64,000 nt of DNA, taken from positions 2,142-66,141 of the forward strand of contig JAFQHL010000002.1 of the NCBI GenBank assembly GCA_017397955.1, read 5' to 3'. Of this stretch, positions 11,775 through 22,400 are shown in pieces. The translations under genes and the position numbers were made by a program. This DNA is from Clostridia bacterium. GTDB lineage: Bacteria > Bacillota > Clostridia > Oscillospirales > CAG-382. Positions within the stretch are counted from its first letter, which is position 1, and the number at the start of each line of letters is the position of its first letter. The notes below the pieces were generated by a model. The model did not search any database, was not told the origin of the DNA, and saw only the letters and a program-made list of their open reading frames with translations.

Positions 11775-12830
11775 TCATTTTTTTATAAGTTTTTCAAACA
11801 AAGCTTTCCATTTGTTGCCCACTTCATCTATACTGTATTTTTGGCTTATAGTAAACGCTTCTTCTGATAAACGCAACAACGATTCTTGAGATCCGAAAAG
11901 CGTTTTTAGGTGCTTAGCGTAGGTATTTATATCATTTTGGGGAGCTATTAGCGCAGCTTTGCCTTCACATATTTCTTTTAAACACGGAAGATCAAAGGCA
12001 ACAACGGGCAAACCGCAAGACAAAGCTTCAACAACAACTAAGGGGAAGGCTTCGTAATGAGAGGATAAGGCAAATACAGATGCCTTGGAATAATACTCAC
12101 TCATTTTTACCGTGCCCGGCAGGATAAGCTTGTCTTTTATTCCCAAACTTTGAGCCTGCTTTTTTAGGCTGTCTGCACAGGAGCCATCACCGCAAAGGCA
12201 AAGTTTCCAATTCGGATAGCCCTCAGAAGCTATAGCAAACGCTGCAAGCAAGCGGTCATAACCTTTTACTTCTTCAAATCTGCCTGCGCTGATTACAACT
12301 TTTTCGGTAAGGGAAGAACGGGACAAACCACTGCACAACATAGCATTAGGGATAACAATTGAGTTGCATAGATGTTTTTTGTATACGGAACGACTATGCT
12401 CTGTTAGATTGACAAAGGCATCGGCAAAGCGATAAAACAAAGAATTTAAAGCAAGGCGTTTTTTTGTATAAGATAAAGGATTACAATGTTCGGTAATAAT
12501 AAGTTTTCCTCTAAGCTTTCTTTTGTGAATGGCACAAATGTTGCTTATTCCGGGATGGCAAGTTACCAAAATATCTGTGTCAAGTTCGGAAAGCAACTTT
12601 TTAATTAAGTTGTTTGTGCTTTTTTTGGTTCTGGTGCGGTAATCCTGCTTGCAATGCTCAATCGTTACCTTTTCGTCAAGGGGGAAAAGGACATTAGTTT
12701 CATACGTTATAATCGAAATGATTTTTACATTATATCCAAATTTGTTTACAAAGTGGTTTGAAAGACCGCAAATAACCTGTTCTACTCCGCCTAACTGATT
12801 GATGTTATATACAAGCCACGTAATTGTCAT
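11775..12830 (-). CDS. Glycosyltransferase family 4 (GT-B)
   Basis: 351 aa. C-terminal EAFPLVVVEALSCGLPVVAFD motif is typical of GT4/GT1 enzymes. Confidence 0.8.
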   Translation of the reverse strand: MTITWLVYNINQLGGVEQVICGLSNHFVNKFGYNVKIISIITYETNVLFPLDEKVTIEHCKQDYRTRTKKSTNNLIKKLLSELDTDILVTCHPGISNICAIHKRKLRGKLIITEHCNPLSYTKKRLALNSLFYRFADAFVNLTEHSRSVYKKHLCNSIVIPNAMLCSGLSRSSLTEKVVISAGRFEEVKGYDRLLAAFAIASEGYPNWKLCLCGDGSCADSLKKQAQSLGIKDKLILPGTVKMSEYYSKASVFALSSHYEAFPLVVVEALSCGLPVVAFDLPCLKEICEGKAALIAPQNDINTYAKHLKTLFGSQESLLRLSEEAFTISQKYSIDEVGNKWKALFEKLIKK

Positions 12831-12851
12831 AATAAACTATCTCCTTTTTTG

Positions 12852-13436
12852 TTAAAGGAAGCTCTCAATACAAATTTTAAGACCTATAATTATAAGAATA
12901 CCGCCGCCCAGTATGGATGCCTTGCAGGCAAGCCCCGTGCCGAAGCGTTTTCCTATTGCAACACCGGGCAGACAAATGGCAAATGTAACTATCCCGATGA
13001 TAAGCGTTGCAATTAAAGCCTCGCCCGGTGTGTGACTTGCGATGGTGAAACCAACGGAAAGCGCATCAATAGAAGTCGCTACACCTTGCAAAAGCACAGC
13101 GGAGATGCCCACTTTGGTAAGCGCACACCCGTTTTCATTGTTCTTTATACCCTCGGCAATCGACTTTGCACCAATAGCAAAAAGCAAAAGAAAGGCAATC
13201 CAAGGTATAAAAGGTTCTATAACCTTAAAAAGGCTTGCGGCGGTGTGTACGCACAACCAGCCCAGCATAGGCATAAGCCATTGAAAAAAGGAAAAGCAAA
13301 GGGCAATACCCACCATTTTCCCCTTTTTCATTCGCGGCTCGCTAAGTCCGTCTGCCAAGGAGGCAGAAAAAGCATCCATTGCTAAGCCCGCGCCTATAAG
13401 TGCACTGTCTATAATAAATTCCGTCAAAAATATCAA
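12852..13436 (-). CDS. mntP: Manganese efflux pump MntP (DUF204 family)
   Basis: 194 aa. GLAMDAFSASLADG and SIDALSVGFT motifs, 6 TM segments. The start is TTG at 13436, or possibly TTG at 13427. Confidence 0.8.
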   Translation of the reverse strand: MIFLTEFIIDSALIGAGLAMDAFSASLADGLSEPRMKKGKMVGIALCFSFFQWLMPMLGWLCVHTAASLFKVIEPFIPWIAFLLLFAIGAKSIAEGIKNNENGCALTKVGISAVLLQGVATSIDALSVGFTIASHTPGEALIATLIIGIVTFAICLPGVAIGKRFGTGLACKASILGGGILIIIGLKICIESFL

Positions 13437-13459
13437 TCCTCTTCAATACTAACTGTGGT

Positions 13460-13488
13460 ATTATAGCAATAATTACGGTGTATGTCAA
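13460..13488 (-). promoter_or_regulatory. Consensus sigma-A promoter of mntP
   Basis: Minus strand TTGACA (13488-13483), 17 nt, TATAAT (13465-13460). Confidence 0.6.
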
Positions 13489-13549
13489 GTTTATGCTAAA
13501 TGGACAAGTAAATTTATCAAATAAAAATAAAATTTTTTAAAAAACCCTA

Positions 13550-13578
13550 TTGCAAAAAGGAAAAAGATGTGTTATTAT
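13550..13578 (+). promoter_or_regulatory. Promoter of rpsT
   Basis: TTGCAA (13550-13555), 17 nt, TATTAT (13573-13578), with TGn immediately upstream. Confidence 0.55.
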
Positions 13579-13621
13579 AGCTGAGTTAAAAGATTTAAAT
13601 CAATTTTAGGAGGTGAGTCGC

Positions 13622-13885
13622 TTGCCTAACATTAAGTCCGCTAAAAAGAGAGTTAAGGTAACCGCTACCAAGACTTTGCGTAACAAGATGGTTAAATCTG
13701 CCCTCAAGACTTCTATCAAAAAGTATGAGGCTGCTCTCGCAGACGGTAACAAAGAACTTGCCGCTGCTACCTATAAGGAAGCTGTTGCTATGATCGACAA
13801 GTCCGTTACCAAGGGCGTTATGCACAAGAATACTGCTGCAAGACGTAAGAGCCGTTATACTCGTTTGCTTAACGGTATAGCTTAA
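13622..13885 (+). CDS. rpsT: 30S ribosomal protein S20
   Basis: [21 protein letters not shown] is the canonical S20 N-terminus. Likely TTG start at 13622, 8 nt after AGGAGG. The track start at 13613 overlaps the RBS. Confidence 0.9.
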   Translation: MPNIKSAKKRVKVTATKTLRNKMVKSALKTSIKKYEAALADGNKELAAATYKEAVAMIDKSVTKGVMHKNTAARRKSRYTRLLNGIA

Positions 13886-13900
13886 GTTTGACAAGTAAGC

Positions 13901-13931
13901 AAAAATCCACGTTTAGACGTGGATTTTTTGT
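13901..13931 (+). terminator. rpsT intrinsic terminator
   Basis: AATCCACGT-TTAG-ACGTGGATT followed by TTTTT. Confidence 0.75.
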
Positions 13932-14029
13932 TTGTAACAGCGTTTATGTTTTTTTGTTTAAACCCCTTTACTTTACAGACGTATTGTGGTATCATCCTTT
14001 TAAACAACTAAAGTGATAGAAGGTTATAT

Positions 14030-15331
14030 ATGAAATATTGCAGAATTATTTGTTTTGTTTTGACCTTGTTTGTTATTACCAGCCTTTGCCCCTGCGTTTT
14101 TGCAGAGGAAAGCGCAGAGCTGTCTGAGGAAAGTGCTTCCGTAGGTGGCGGCGGATTTGCCATATCCTACGGATACAAGCCGTTGCAGGCACCTAACGGC
14201 GTAAACGCCGCAAACTATGTTAAGGGTCCCACCCCGCCTACGGAATACGTAAGCGCGGGCGGTAGTCATACCGTGGCGGAAAACGACTATACTTTCCGTG
14301 ACTATGTGTTTGTGGGCTGGTCCTGTAACGGAAAGCTGTACAAGCCGGGCGAGGTTATTTATAACGTTCAAAGCAGTATGTCGCTTATTGCCACTTGGGG
14401 ACGTTGTGCAGTTGACGGAATAACGGTTATCGGTGTGCTTAGCTATGCGGATGACGAAGCGATAAACGTTGCGGTGGGCAGTACCGTAGACCTTAAAAGC
14501 GGAACCTGGCAAACCGAGGACGGTAAAATTATAAAGGGCGAAAATCGTTTTCTTATGTCCTTTACCAACGTAAGCCTTAAAAGCTATTCTGCCGAGGCTG
14601 AAAGTTTTAAGATAAGCTATAACGGCAACGGGGCAAACGATGGCGTGCAGTGCGATTTTCGCGTTGAGGCAGGAGGCAGCTTTACGGTTGATAATTGCTT
14701 TGGCAATCGGGACGGTTACAGCTTTATCGGCTGGGAGGATTCACAAGGGCGCATATATCTTGCAGGTGATACTTGCACCGTTAACGGTGATACGGTGCTT
14801 ACCGCAAAGTGGCAGGAAAGCAGCAAGCCTGCCCCTGATTATTGCTCTGTAAGCCTTTCTTCAGGCGAGGGCGGCAGTATAAGCCCTGCAGGTAAAACCA
14901 CGGTTTTAAAGGGCGATGTGTTGGAGTTTGCGGTTGCCGCGGAAAAGGGTTATGAGCTGTCATCGGTTATCTGTGACGGTGAGGAGCTGGGTACGGGCGG
15001 CACCTATAAAAAGACCGTTAATGCGGATATGATTATAAAGGCATCATTTGTGTTTGTGGGCGTTGAGGATTCTTCTGAGGTGCCTGTTGTTTCCGCGCCC
15101 GAAGAAACAAGTGAAGATGGTCAACAGACTGAAGAGGAAATCTCTGACATAATCGAAAGCGCAGAGGAAAGCGAAAGCAAGGCTCCTTCCGATGTGAAAT
15201 CGAACGATGACGGCAAGGGCAAGACTTACGTTTTGCTGTTGTGCATACTGTTCATAGTTGCAGGAGGTTGGTTTGTTGCTATTTCCATAATGAATAAATC
15301 CAAAAAGAAAAAACGCAAGATGCGTAAATAA
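14030..15331 (+). CDS. Cell-surface protein with InlB B-repeat (Listeria-Bacteroides repeat) domains and C-terminal TM anchor
   Basis: Signal peptide. Repeats ...YVFVGWSCNGKLYKPGEVI and GYSFIGWEDSQGRIYLAGDTCTV. Acidic Ser/Glu linker, a TM helix and a KKKKRKMRK tail. Confidence 0.75.
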   Translation: MKYCRIICFVLTLFVITSLCPCVFAEESAELSEESASVGGGGFAISYGYKPLQAPNGVNAANYVKGPTPPTEYVSAGGSHTVAENDYTFRDYVFVGWSCNGKLYKPGEVIYNVQSSMSLIATWGRCAVDGITVIGVLSYADDEAINVAVGSTVDLKSGTWQTEDGKIIKGENRFLMSFTNVSLKSYSAEAESFKISYNGNGANDGVQCDFRVEAGGSFTVDNCFGNRDGYSFIGWEDSQGRIYLAGDTCTVNGDTVLTAKWQESSKPAPDYCSVSLSSGEGGSISPAGKTTVLKGDVLEFAVAAEKGYELSSVICDGEELGTGGTYKKTVNADMIIKASFVFVGVEDSSEVPVVSAPEETSEDGQQTEEEISDIIESAEESESKAPSDVKSNDDGKGKTYVLLLCILFIVAGGWFVAISIMNKSKKKKRKMRK

Positions 15332-15340
15332 TGCAAAATG

Positions 15341-15611
15341 GAGGCTGTCCGGTTAGGACAGCCTCAGACCGCTGACAAAGGCACAGAACACGAAAAAAGA
15401 AAATGCGGTTACTATAAAGTAAAAATTTCGGAGAAAAGTTCTCCGAAATTTTTGTATATTTTTATATTTTTTCGTTTGGAACGAACCTCGGCTCGCAGTA
15501 CTTAGTACAGCTATCGCCTCGGTTCGTCCCATCTGCACTCTTTCTCAGCAGTCTGCCAAGCTGATGACAAGGTTTGTCATCAGCTTGAGGCTGTCCGGTT
15601 AGGACAGCCTC
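15341..15611. repeat. Terminator-embedded repeat element, copy A (221-bp core flanked by duplicated 25-nt hairpin)
   Basis: Hairpin GAGGCTGTCCGGTTAGGACAGCCTC occurs at 15341-15365 and again at 15587-15611. The core 15366-15586 recurs at 41032-41253 and partly at 22830-22942. Confidence 0.85.
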
Positions 15612-15622
15612 TGCTTTTATGT

Positions 15623-17101
15623 TCACTTAGGTGCTTTTTGATATAAATAATAAGTGTGGTTCTTGCCTTGAAAATAATGAACCGCTGTGTCTACGCAAAC
15701 GTAGTCGATTAAATCGCCGTAATCTGCTTCCAAAGTTTTGTCACAACACACAATAAAATCTACCTTCCCTTGCAATACGCACGCATCAGTCTCGTCATTC
15801 ATCTCCACGCTTTCAAAATTCAGCTTGCAAAAATATTTGTTGCTTGGCAAAATGTCTGCCGCAAAGTAAAAGCCTCCATCCAAAAATCCGTAATTAAACA
15901 GGGTAGGGGAATCTACTTTGTTAATGGTCTCTGCAAATTTATACTGGGGCATATCGCTTTTTTCATATCCTATAAGATAAGTGTTGTGACCGAGCAAGTA
16001 ACTAAACATAGGTAACACAGCTAACACAAACGCAAATAATTTAGCTTTTAGCTTGTTGTGCTTGTGCATCCACTCTGCCGCTGCGTATAACCCGAATATT
16101 GCAAATACGCAAAGTGGCAAACCGTAATATTTGTAATTAACACCGCCAAAGTATATAAAGAATGCACTGAATCCTGCCATAAACGCTACAAGTTTTGCTT
16201 CCTTAGTCCTGCTGCGGAACAGCCATAAAATACCTAAAACAGCAAACACGGAATAAGGAAAGTTTAAAGCCAAGGATACCGCCGTGTAAGCTAGCGTAAG
16301 CGCAAGCTTAACCAAGATAAAACGGCTGTCTGAATACACAAATATATTGTTGTAAAAATATCCCTGCCAAAGCCATTTCAAACTGTCTGTGTGTAAAAAA
16401 TACGCAAGTACAGGCAGGGATATAAAGACAAATCCCAATAAATTATAAAGGCAAATTCTGCCTATGTTGCCGTATTTTTTCTTCCTTATAAGACGGTAGA
16501 ATATATAAACAAATCCGCCCACAAACAGCCCAAGCACCGTGTACTTAATCCAAAATACAAAGCCTATGGCAACTCCGCACAAAAAGTGCATCCCTTTACT
16601 TACCTCAAGCTCTTTTTCCATACGCAAAAACAGGTACATACCGTAAGTAAGGCAAAACAAGCTAAGCTCTTCCACACTGCCGCCGTGGTAAAAAGCTACA
16701 GAAAGACTTACTGTAAAAGCAAGCAAAGGCAAAAGTCCCAAATGCAGTATCTTTTTTTGTGTATACAATCGTAAACATCTGTTGGCGGTATATAGAAACG
16801 CGCTAAAACTTAAAGTCTCCGTAATATACGCGCCTAAAAAGGATGATGGTGAAATTTTGTACGCCAATGCGTATAAAAAATACAGCATAGGTCCTTTTTG
16901 CTCAAAAATGTCTTTGTATAAAACCTTCCCCTTGGTAATAGCTTTGCCAACGGTAAAAAAGCAGTTTGCATCGCCCCAGTCGTTCATGGGGTACAAAAAA
17001 GAATTTTTGCTGCAAATCGTTATGAATACCGCCGCGGTCAAAAAGCATATAGCAATTACACCAAGCTCTTGCCGCAGTCCGATAAAGCGTTTTTTAGTCA
17101 T
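15623..17101 (-). CDS. Polytopic membrane glycosyltransferase-like protein (GT-C/ArnT-PMT-like fold, uncertain)
   Basis: 492 aa, at least 10 hydrophobic segments in the N-terminal two-thirds plus a soluble C-terminal domain. The start ATG shares one base with the GS stop (TAATG). Confidence 0.55.
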   Translation of the reverse strand: MTKKRFIGLRQELGVIAICFLTAAVFITICSKNSFLYPMNDWGDANCFFTVGKAITKGKVLYKDIFEQKGPMLYFLYALAYKISPSSFLGAYITETLSFSAFLYTANRCLRLYTQKKILHLGLLPLLAFTVSLSVAFYHGGSVEELSLFCLTYGMYLFLRMEKELEVSKGMHFLCGVAIGFVFWIKYTVLGLFVGGFVYIFYRLIRKKKYGNIGRICLYNLLGFVFISLPVLAYFLHTDSLKWLWQGYFYNNIFVYSDSRFILVKLALTLAYTAVSLALNFPYSVFAVLGILWLFRSRTKEAKLVAFMAGFSAFFIYFGGVNYKYYGLPLCVFAIFGLYAAAEWMHKHNKLKAKLFAFVLAVLPMFSYLLGHNTYLIGYEKSDMPQYKFAETINKVDSPTLFNYGFLDGGFYFAADILPSNKYFCKLNFESVEMNDETDACVLQGKVDFIVCCDKTLEADYGDLIDYVCVDTAVHYFQGKNHTYYLYQKAPK

Positions 17102-19200
17102 TATTCAATGCCGTATAAAAGCTGAGAATAGGAGGGGTAGGGCCACGCAGACCTGTCTGTTACCGTTTCTGCCTCGTCAACGGCTTTACGCAATTCCTTC
17201 ATAATGGGAATAACGTTATCCCTGTAATACTCTGCCGCCGCTTGACGGTCTGTAATCTGCTTTACGTTGCCAAGCTCTGTTTCCAAGGCTTTTCCGTTGG
17301 CGGAAATAAGCCCAAGCAGATTGCACAGCTTTTTTAGTATATCCTTCTCATATTCAACGCAAAGGTCGCTGTTTACGGCAAGCTTTGCATTAAGTCCGTC
17401 TGCCAGCTTTCTTGTGTATGCACTTACTGCGGGCAATATGTCTTTATTAACCATATCAAGCATAGTGCGCCCTTCAATACGCATAACCTTGCAGTAGTTG
17501 CTTACAAGTATCTCGTAGCGAGATCGTATCTCCGTTTCAGAGAAAACGCCGTGCCTGCCAAACAACTCTATGTTGTTGGGGGCAAGATAGCAAAGCAAAG
17601 CCTCGGGGGTGGAGGGCAGGTTAAGCAAGCCTCTGTTTTCGGTGGCTTCCTTCACCCAAGCATCGTCGTATCCGTTACCGTTGAATATAATGCGCTTATG
17701 CTCTTTTACAGTTTCTTTTATTAAATTGTGCAACTCTGTTTCAAAGTCGCCTGCTTGCTCCAATCGGCTTGCGAAGCGGGAAAGTACATCTGCAACCGCA
17801 GTATTAAGCACTATGTTGGGCCCTGCTACGGAAAGACTGCTGCCGGGCATACGGAACTCAAATTTATTACCTGTAAAAGCAAATGGGGATGTTCTGTTTC
17901 TGTCTGTGGTGTCCTTGGGGAATCGGGGCAGTACGTGTACGCCTATCTTCATCTGCACTTTCTCACGCGCGTCGTATGCCTTGTCTTGCTCTATACTGTC
18001 AAGAAGTGCGGTAAGCTCATCACCCAAAAACATAGAGATAACCGCAGGGGGCGCTTCGTGAGAGCCTAAACGGTGGTCGTTGCCTGCGGTGGCAACGGAA
18101 AGCCTAAGCATACCCTGATATTCGTCTACCGCCTTTATAACCGCACAAAGGAACAAAAGAAATTGTGCGTTTTCGTGGGGGGTATCGCCCGGCTCCAAAA
18201 GATTAACGCCGTCACTGGTGGAAATAGACCAGTTGTTATGTTTACCGGAGCCGTTAACACCCTCAAAGGGCTTTTCGTGTAACAGGCAAACCAAGCCGTG
18301 ACGTGCCGCAATACGCTTCATTATCTCCATGGTAAGCTGATTGTGGTCTGTGGCTATATTGGTAGTGGTAAATATGGGTGCAAGCTCATACTGTGCAGGC
18401 GCACCTTCGTTGTGGCGCGTCTTTGCAAGTACGCCCAGACGCCAAAGCTCTCTGTCCAGTTCCTTCATAAACGCAACAACCCTTGTGGGGATGGTGCCGA
18501 AATAGTGGTCATCCAACTCCTGCCCTTTAGGAGGTTTTGCGCCAAAAAGGGTTCTGCCGGTAAAAAGCAGGTCGGGTCGTTTTTCATAAAGCGATCTGTC
18601 TACAAGGAAATATTCCTGTTCAGGTCCTACGGTGGTCTTAACGGAGGTTACCGTGGTGTTGCCAAACAGTCTAAGCACACGCATAGTCTGCTTGTTTATG
18701 GCTTCCATTGACCTAAGCAAAGGGGTCTTTTTATCCAATGCCTCACCACCGTAAGAGCAAAATGCGGTGGGTATGCAAAGGGTGCTGTCTTTTATAAAGG
18801 CAAAGGAAGTAGGGTCCCAAGCGGTATAGCCGCGCGCCTCAAAGGTTGCGCGAAGACCGCCGGAGGGGAAACTGGATGCATCAGGCTCACCCCTTACAAG
18901 CTCTTTGCCGGAAAACTCCATAATAACACCGCCGTCTTTTGCGGGCGTAATAAAGCTGTCATGCTTTTCTGCGGTTATACCTGTCATAGGCTGGAACCAA
19001 TGGGTGTAATGGGTCGCGCCCTTTTCAACCGCCCAGTCACGCATTGCCTTTGCCACAACATCAGCCAACTCGGGGTCAAGCCGTTTACCGTCACCCATGG
19101 CCTTCTTCATCGCTTTAAAGGTATCTGCGGGCAGGCGCGCTTCCATAACAGATTCATTAAACACCAGTTCGCCAAACAAAGAGGGTACGTCTTTTATCAT
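17101..19200 (-). CDS. glnN: Glutamine synthetase, type III
   Basis: About 700 aa. N-terminus ...[16 protein letters not shown]...[13 protein letters not shown] is characteristic of GSIII. Start ATG at 19200, 8 nt after AGGAG. Confidence 0.9.
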   Translation of the reverse strand: MIKDVPSLFGELVFNESVMEARLPADTFKAMKKAMGDGKRLDPELADVVAKAMRDWAVEKGATHYTHWFQPMTGITAEKHDSFITPAKDGGVIMEFSGKELVRGEPDASSFPSGGLRATFEARGYTAWDPTSFAFIKDSTLCIPTAFCSYGGEALDKKTPLLRSMEAINKQTMRVLRLFGNTTVTSVKTTVGPEQEYFLVDRSLYEKRPDLLFTGRTLFGAKPPKGQELDDHYFGTIPTRVVAFMKELDRELWRLGVLAKTRHNEGAPAQYELAPIFTTTNIATDHNQLTMEIMKRIAARHGLVCLLHEKPFEGVNGSGKHNNWSISTSDGVNLLEPGDTPHENAQFLLFLCAVIKAVDEYQGMLRLSVATAGNDHRLGSHEAPPAVISMFLGDELTALLDSIEQDKAYDAREKVQMKIGVHVLPRFPKDTTDRNRTSPFAFTGNKFEFRMPGSSLSVAGPNIVLNTAVADVLSRFASRLEQAGDFETELHNLIKETVKEHKRIIFNGNGYDDAWVKEATENRGLLNLPSTPEALLCYLAPNNIELFGRHGVFSETEIRSRYEILVSNYCKVMRIEGRTMLDMVNKDILPAVSAYTRKLADGLNAKLAVNSDLCVEYEKDILKKLCNLLGLISANGKALETELGNVKQITDRQAAAEYYRDNVIPIMKELRKAVDEAETVTDRSAWPYPSYSQLLYGIE

Positions 19201-19290
19201 AACCACAGCTCCTTATCGTAATATACGAGTTTGTAAAGTAACCTTTCAAATCGTGGCGACACTCCACCACTATAATATAAAATCGTAAAA

Positions 19291-19319
19291 ATTATACATT
19301 AACGCGTCATCTTTGTCAA
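19291..19319 (-). promoter_or_regulatory. Consensus sigma-A promoter of GSIII gene
   Basis: Minus strand TTGACA (19319-19314), 17 nt, TATAAT (19296-19291). Confidence 0.6.
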
Positions 19320-19338
19320 CCGCTTTTTTCGTTTTTCG

Positions 19339-19367
19339 TTGACAATAAAGCCCTGCGGTGCTATAAT
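19339..19367 (+). promoter_or_regulatory. Consensus sigma-A promoter of S8 protease gene
   Basis: TTGACA (19339-19344), 17 nt, TATAAT (19362-19367). Confidence 0.6.
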
Positions 19368-19409
19368 TTCTGTGTACCTTGCAATAATATAAAAAAGGAG
19401 CGATGTTGC

Positions 19410-22400
19410 GTGTCAAAAAGATTGACAGCTCTTGCACTCACACTTCTTATGCTGTTATCCGCCCTTGCTTGTAATGCAAGCGCGGCAGAAAACATATCAA
19501 ACAAATCGGTGGCACTTTCGTTAAATTCACTTTTGGGTGATGATGCCGTACTGCGTGCCATAGTGGTTTATAAGGGCGGTAGCGATATAGCCGTTGACCA
19601 AAGCTTCGGGGCACCGTTTGCCAAAACCGCTAAAAAGCTGTTTTCTTCCCAAAGAAGCCGGCTTACAAGCACCATAACCGAAAATTACGGCGCAAGTATT
19701 GTGTTTAATTACGGTGCACTTATAAATGGCGTCGCTTTGGATGTAAGCTACGGTCAGCTTAATGAGATAGAAAAGCTTGAAGGGGTAGAGAAGGTTTATA
19801 TAGCCAACATTTATTCCGCCCCCGCTGTGGAAAATGTCATAAGCCCCGCCGCGGTTTCCTCGGGCGGCACTTTGGGCTTTACAGCCGGTATGGGCGGCGG
19901 CAAAGGGACTGTTATAGCCGTGCTGGATACGGGTATAAACATTAACCACAAATCCTTTGACCCTGCAAATATATCGGAATCTGCAGTGATTGATCAAAAC
20001 AGCGTAAACGCAAAAAAATCTGCCAACGGCCTGCTTGGCAGATATCATAATAGCAAAATCCCTTATGTTTATGACTATGCTAACGGGGATACGGATATTT
20101 CTTCCTCAGATTCTCACGGCACTGCGGTGGCAAGCATTGCCGCAGGTGATGATGGTAGCGGCTTTAGCGGCATTGCACCGGATGCACAGATATTAGGTAT
20201 GAAGATTTTTGGTGATAACGGGTATACCGATTCTTCCGTATATTTTGCAGCAATGGAAGATGCGTATGTTTTGGGCGCCGATGTTATAAATCTGTCTTTA
20301 GGCTCTCAAAACGGCTTTTCTTTTGATTACGAGTTGGAAACAGAGTTGTACGGCAATATTTTTAAGCGACTTGAGGAAGCAGGCGTATTTGTTTGCTGTG
20401 CGGCAGGTAACGAGTTTTCGCAGGGCTACGGGCAGTATGCTTACAATCACGCCTCCCTTAGTAATTACGAAGATGCGGTGACTATTGATTATGCTGACTA
20501 CGGAGTTATAGGGAATCCTGCAAGCTACGTCAATGCCATTGCCGTTGCCAGCGGCGAAAATTCAGGCTACACGCCTTACACAATAACAGTAGGCGGCAAA
20601 CAGATAGAGTATACCGATGCGGCTGACGGTGCTTTTATGTATGCTTTTTCAGGTCAAAATCTGGAGTATGTTATAGTTCCCTCTATAGGACGTCAGCAGG
20701 ATTACGTGGGGATTGACGTACAGGGTAAGGTTGCGGTTGTTGCAAGAGGTGAGATTACATTTGAAGAAAAATGCAATGCCGCCGCCGCGGCAGGGGCTGT
20801 GGCCTTGCTGTGCTACAATAACGAACACGGCATTGTGTATATGCAAATAGAAAATCCCGCCATACCCTGTATTTCTGTGGCAAGCAACGCTTATGCGGCT
20901 CTTGCGGAAAACAACCGTTTTACGGTAGACATCGCACCATCCCAAACATACAGTCCTTACGGAGTATTGATTTCCGATTTTTCCAGTTGGGGCGTAACGC
21001 CCGACCTTAAGCTTAAACCGCAGATAACGGCTATAGGCGGTAGCGTGCGTTGTGCAAGCAACAGCACTTCAGGTTATCAAATATTAAGTGGCACATCTAT
21101 GGCAACCCCTGTAATGTCAGGTATATTCGCCTGTGCCAAAAGCTATCTAAAAGCTAAAAATTTGTCGGGATCTTCAAGCAACAAACAGCTTTACGAAATG
21201 GTTTATGACACGGTACTCAGCAGTGCGGAGCTGTTGGTAAACGAAAGCGCCATTCCGTATTCCCCAAGAAGACAGGGCGCAGGTTTACCGCTGTTTGATA
21301 ATTTTGTTAATACTCCTGCCGCCTTTGAAGAGCCTGTTGTAAATTTGGGTGATGACCCGCAAAAAAGCGGCGTTTACACGTTTACAGCCAAGGTGAAAAA
21401 TCTGTACGGTGAAGAATTTACCCTTTCTGCTGAAAAATCCTATGTGTTGTGTGATGAATATATAAAACGTGACGGTGTGCTTTACAACAGCCTAAGCCCT
21501 CATTTGCTTGATGCTGAGATAAGTGTAAAGCCTGTGACGGGTGACTTTGCGGACGGCGTGTATACAGTTGCGGCAGACAACCTTTATACAGAGCTTGACA
21601 TTACAGTAAAGCTTAGCACCGCGGACAGGGAATATCTTTCAGTTTATACAAACGGTGCCTATGTGGAAGGGTATATATACCTTTCCGTAAATGGCGGCAT
21701 ATCTCATATAAAACAAAGCTTTATGGGCTTTTACGGCGACTGGACTGCTGCTCCCGCTTTTGAAGCCTATGATTGGGGCGCAGTTGTGGATGCAGAGGCG
21801 GCATTGGTAAACGAGGGATATGAAAGCCCGGACTATAAAACTGTGCTTAACACAAATGTTGGGTATAACGAGGCATATTTAACTGAGGGTACGGATATTG
21901 TAGGCGTGTTGGGCGATAATATTTACGGTTATGTAGGCTATAATTATGACCGTATGGCGTTCCCTACGGAAGAAAGTACTTCATACAATTCAGCAAATTC
22001 CTTCACCTTCTACCCTTCGCTGTTAAGAAACGTACGCCATATAATTATGACCGTTTCCAACGCGGAAACAGGGGATATATATTATGTAGACGATACCGAA
22101 TACGCCATGAAAAATTTTTACAACACACAAAGCGGTCGCTTTGACCAAGGCACCTATTTTACATGGGACGGCACTTATTACAAAAACGGAAGCTTTGCGT
22201 ATGTAAAGGACGGCACAAAACTTAAAGTTACCTTCCAAACCCAGCTTGATTATGAAGGCGCAGTGCTTGTTACGGAGCGGGAGTATTTCATATATGTAGA
22301 TAATTGCGCCCCCGAGTTTGAGTGTTATTGGGATGCGGAAAACAAGCTTCTTACCGTTCGTGCTACCGATAAACGCTATATATCCAACATCTTTGTATAC

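Noticed and set aside
13437-13500. Expected yybP-ykoY manganese riboswitch upstream of mntP.
   Set aside because: The consensus promoter sits only about 20-30 nt upstream of the start codon. There is no room for the riboswitch and none of its conserved sequence is present.
15353-15538. 61-aa ORF inside repeat copy A (and the 62-aa plus-strand ORF 41085-41273 in copy C).
   Set aside because: The copy A frame hits a stop after about 14 codons in copy C, and the copy C ORF is on the other strand. The ORFs are not conserved between copies, so the element is treated as non-coding.
15556-15587. CUGAUGA box in the repeat element, which suggested a hammerhead ribozyme core.
   Set aside because: The CTGATGA is simply one arm of a perfect 14-bp hairpin (paired with TCATCAG). 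No GAAA or cleavage-site architecture is present.
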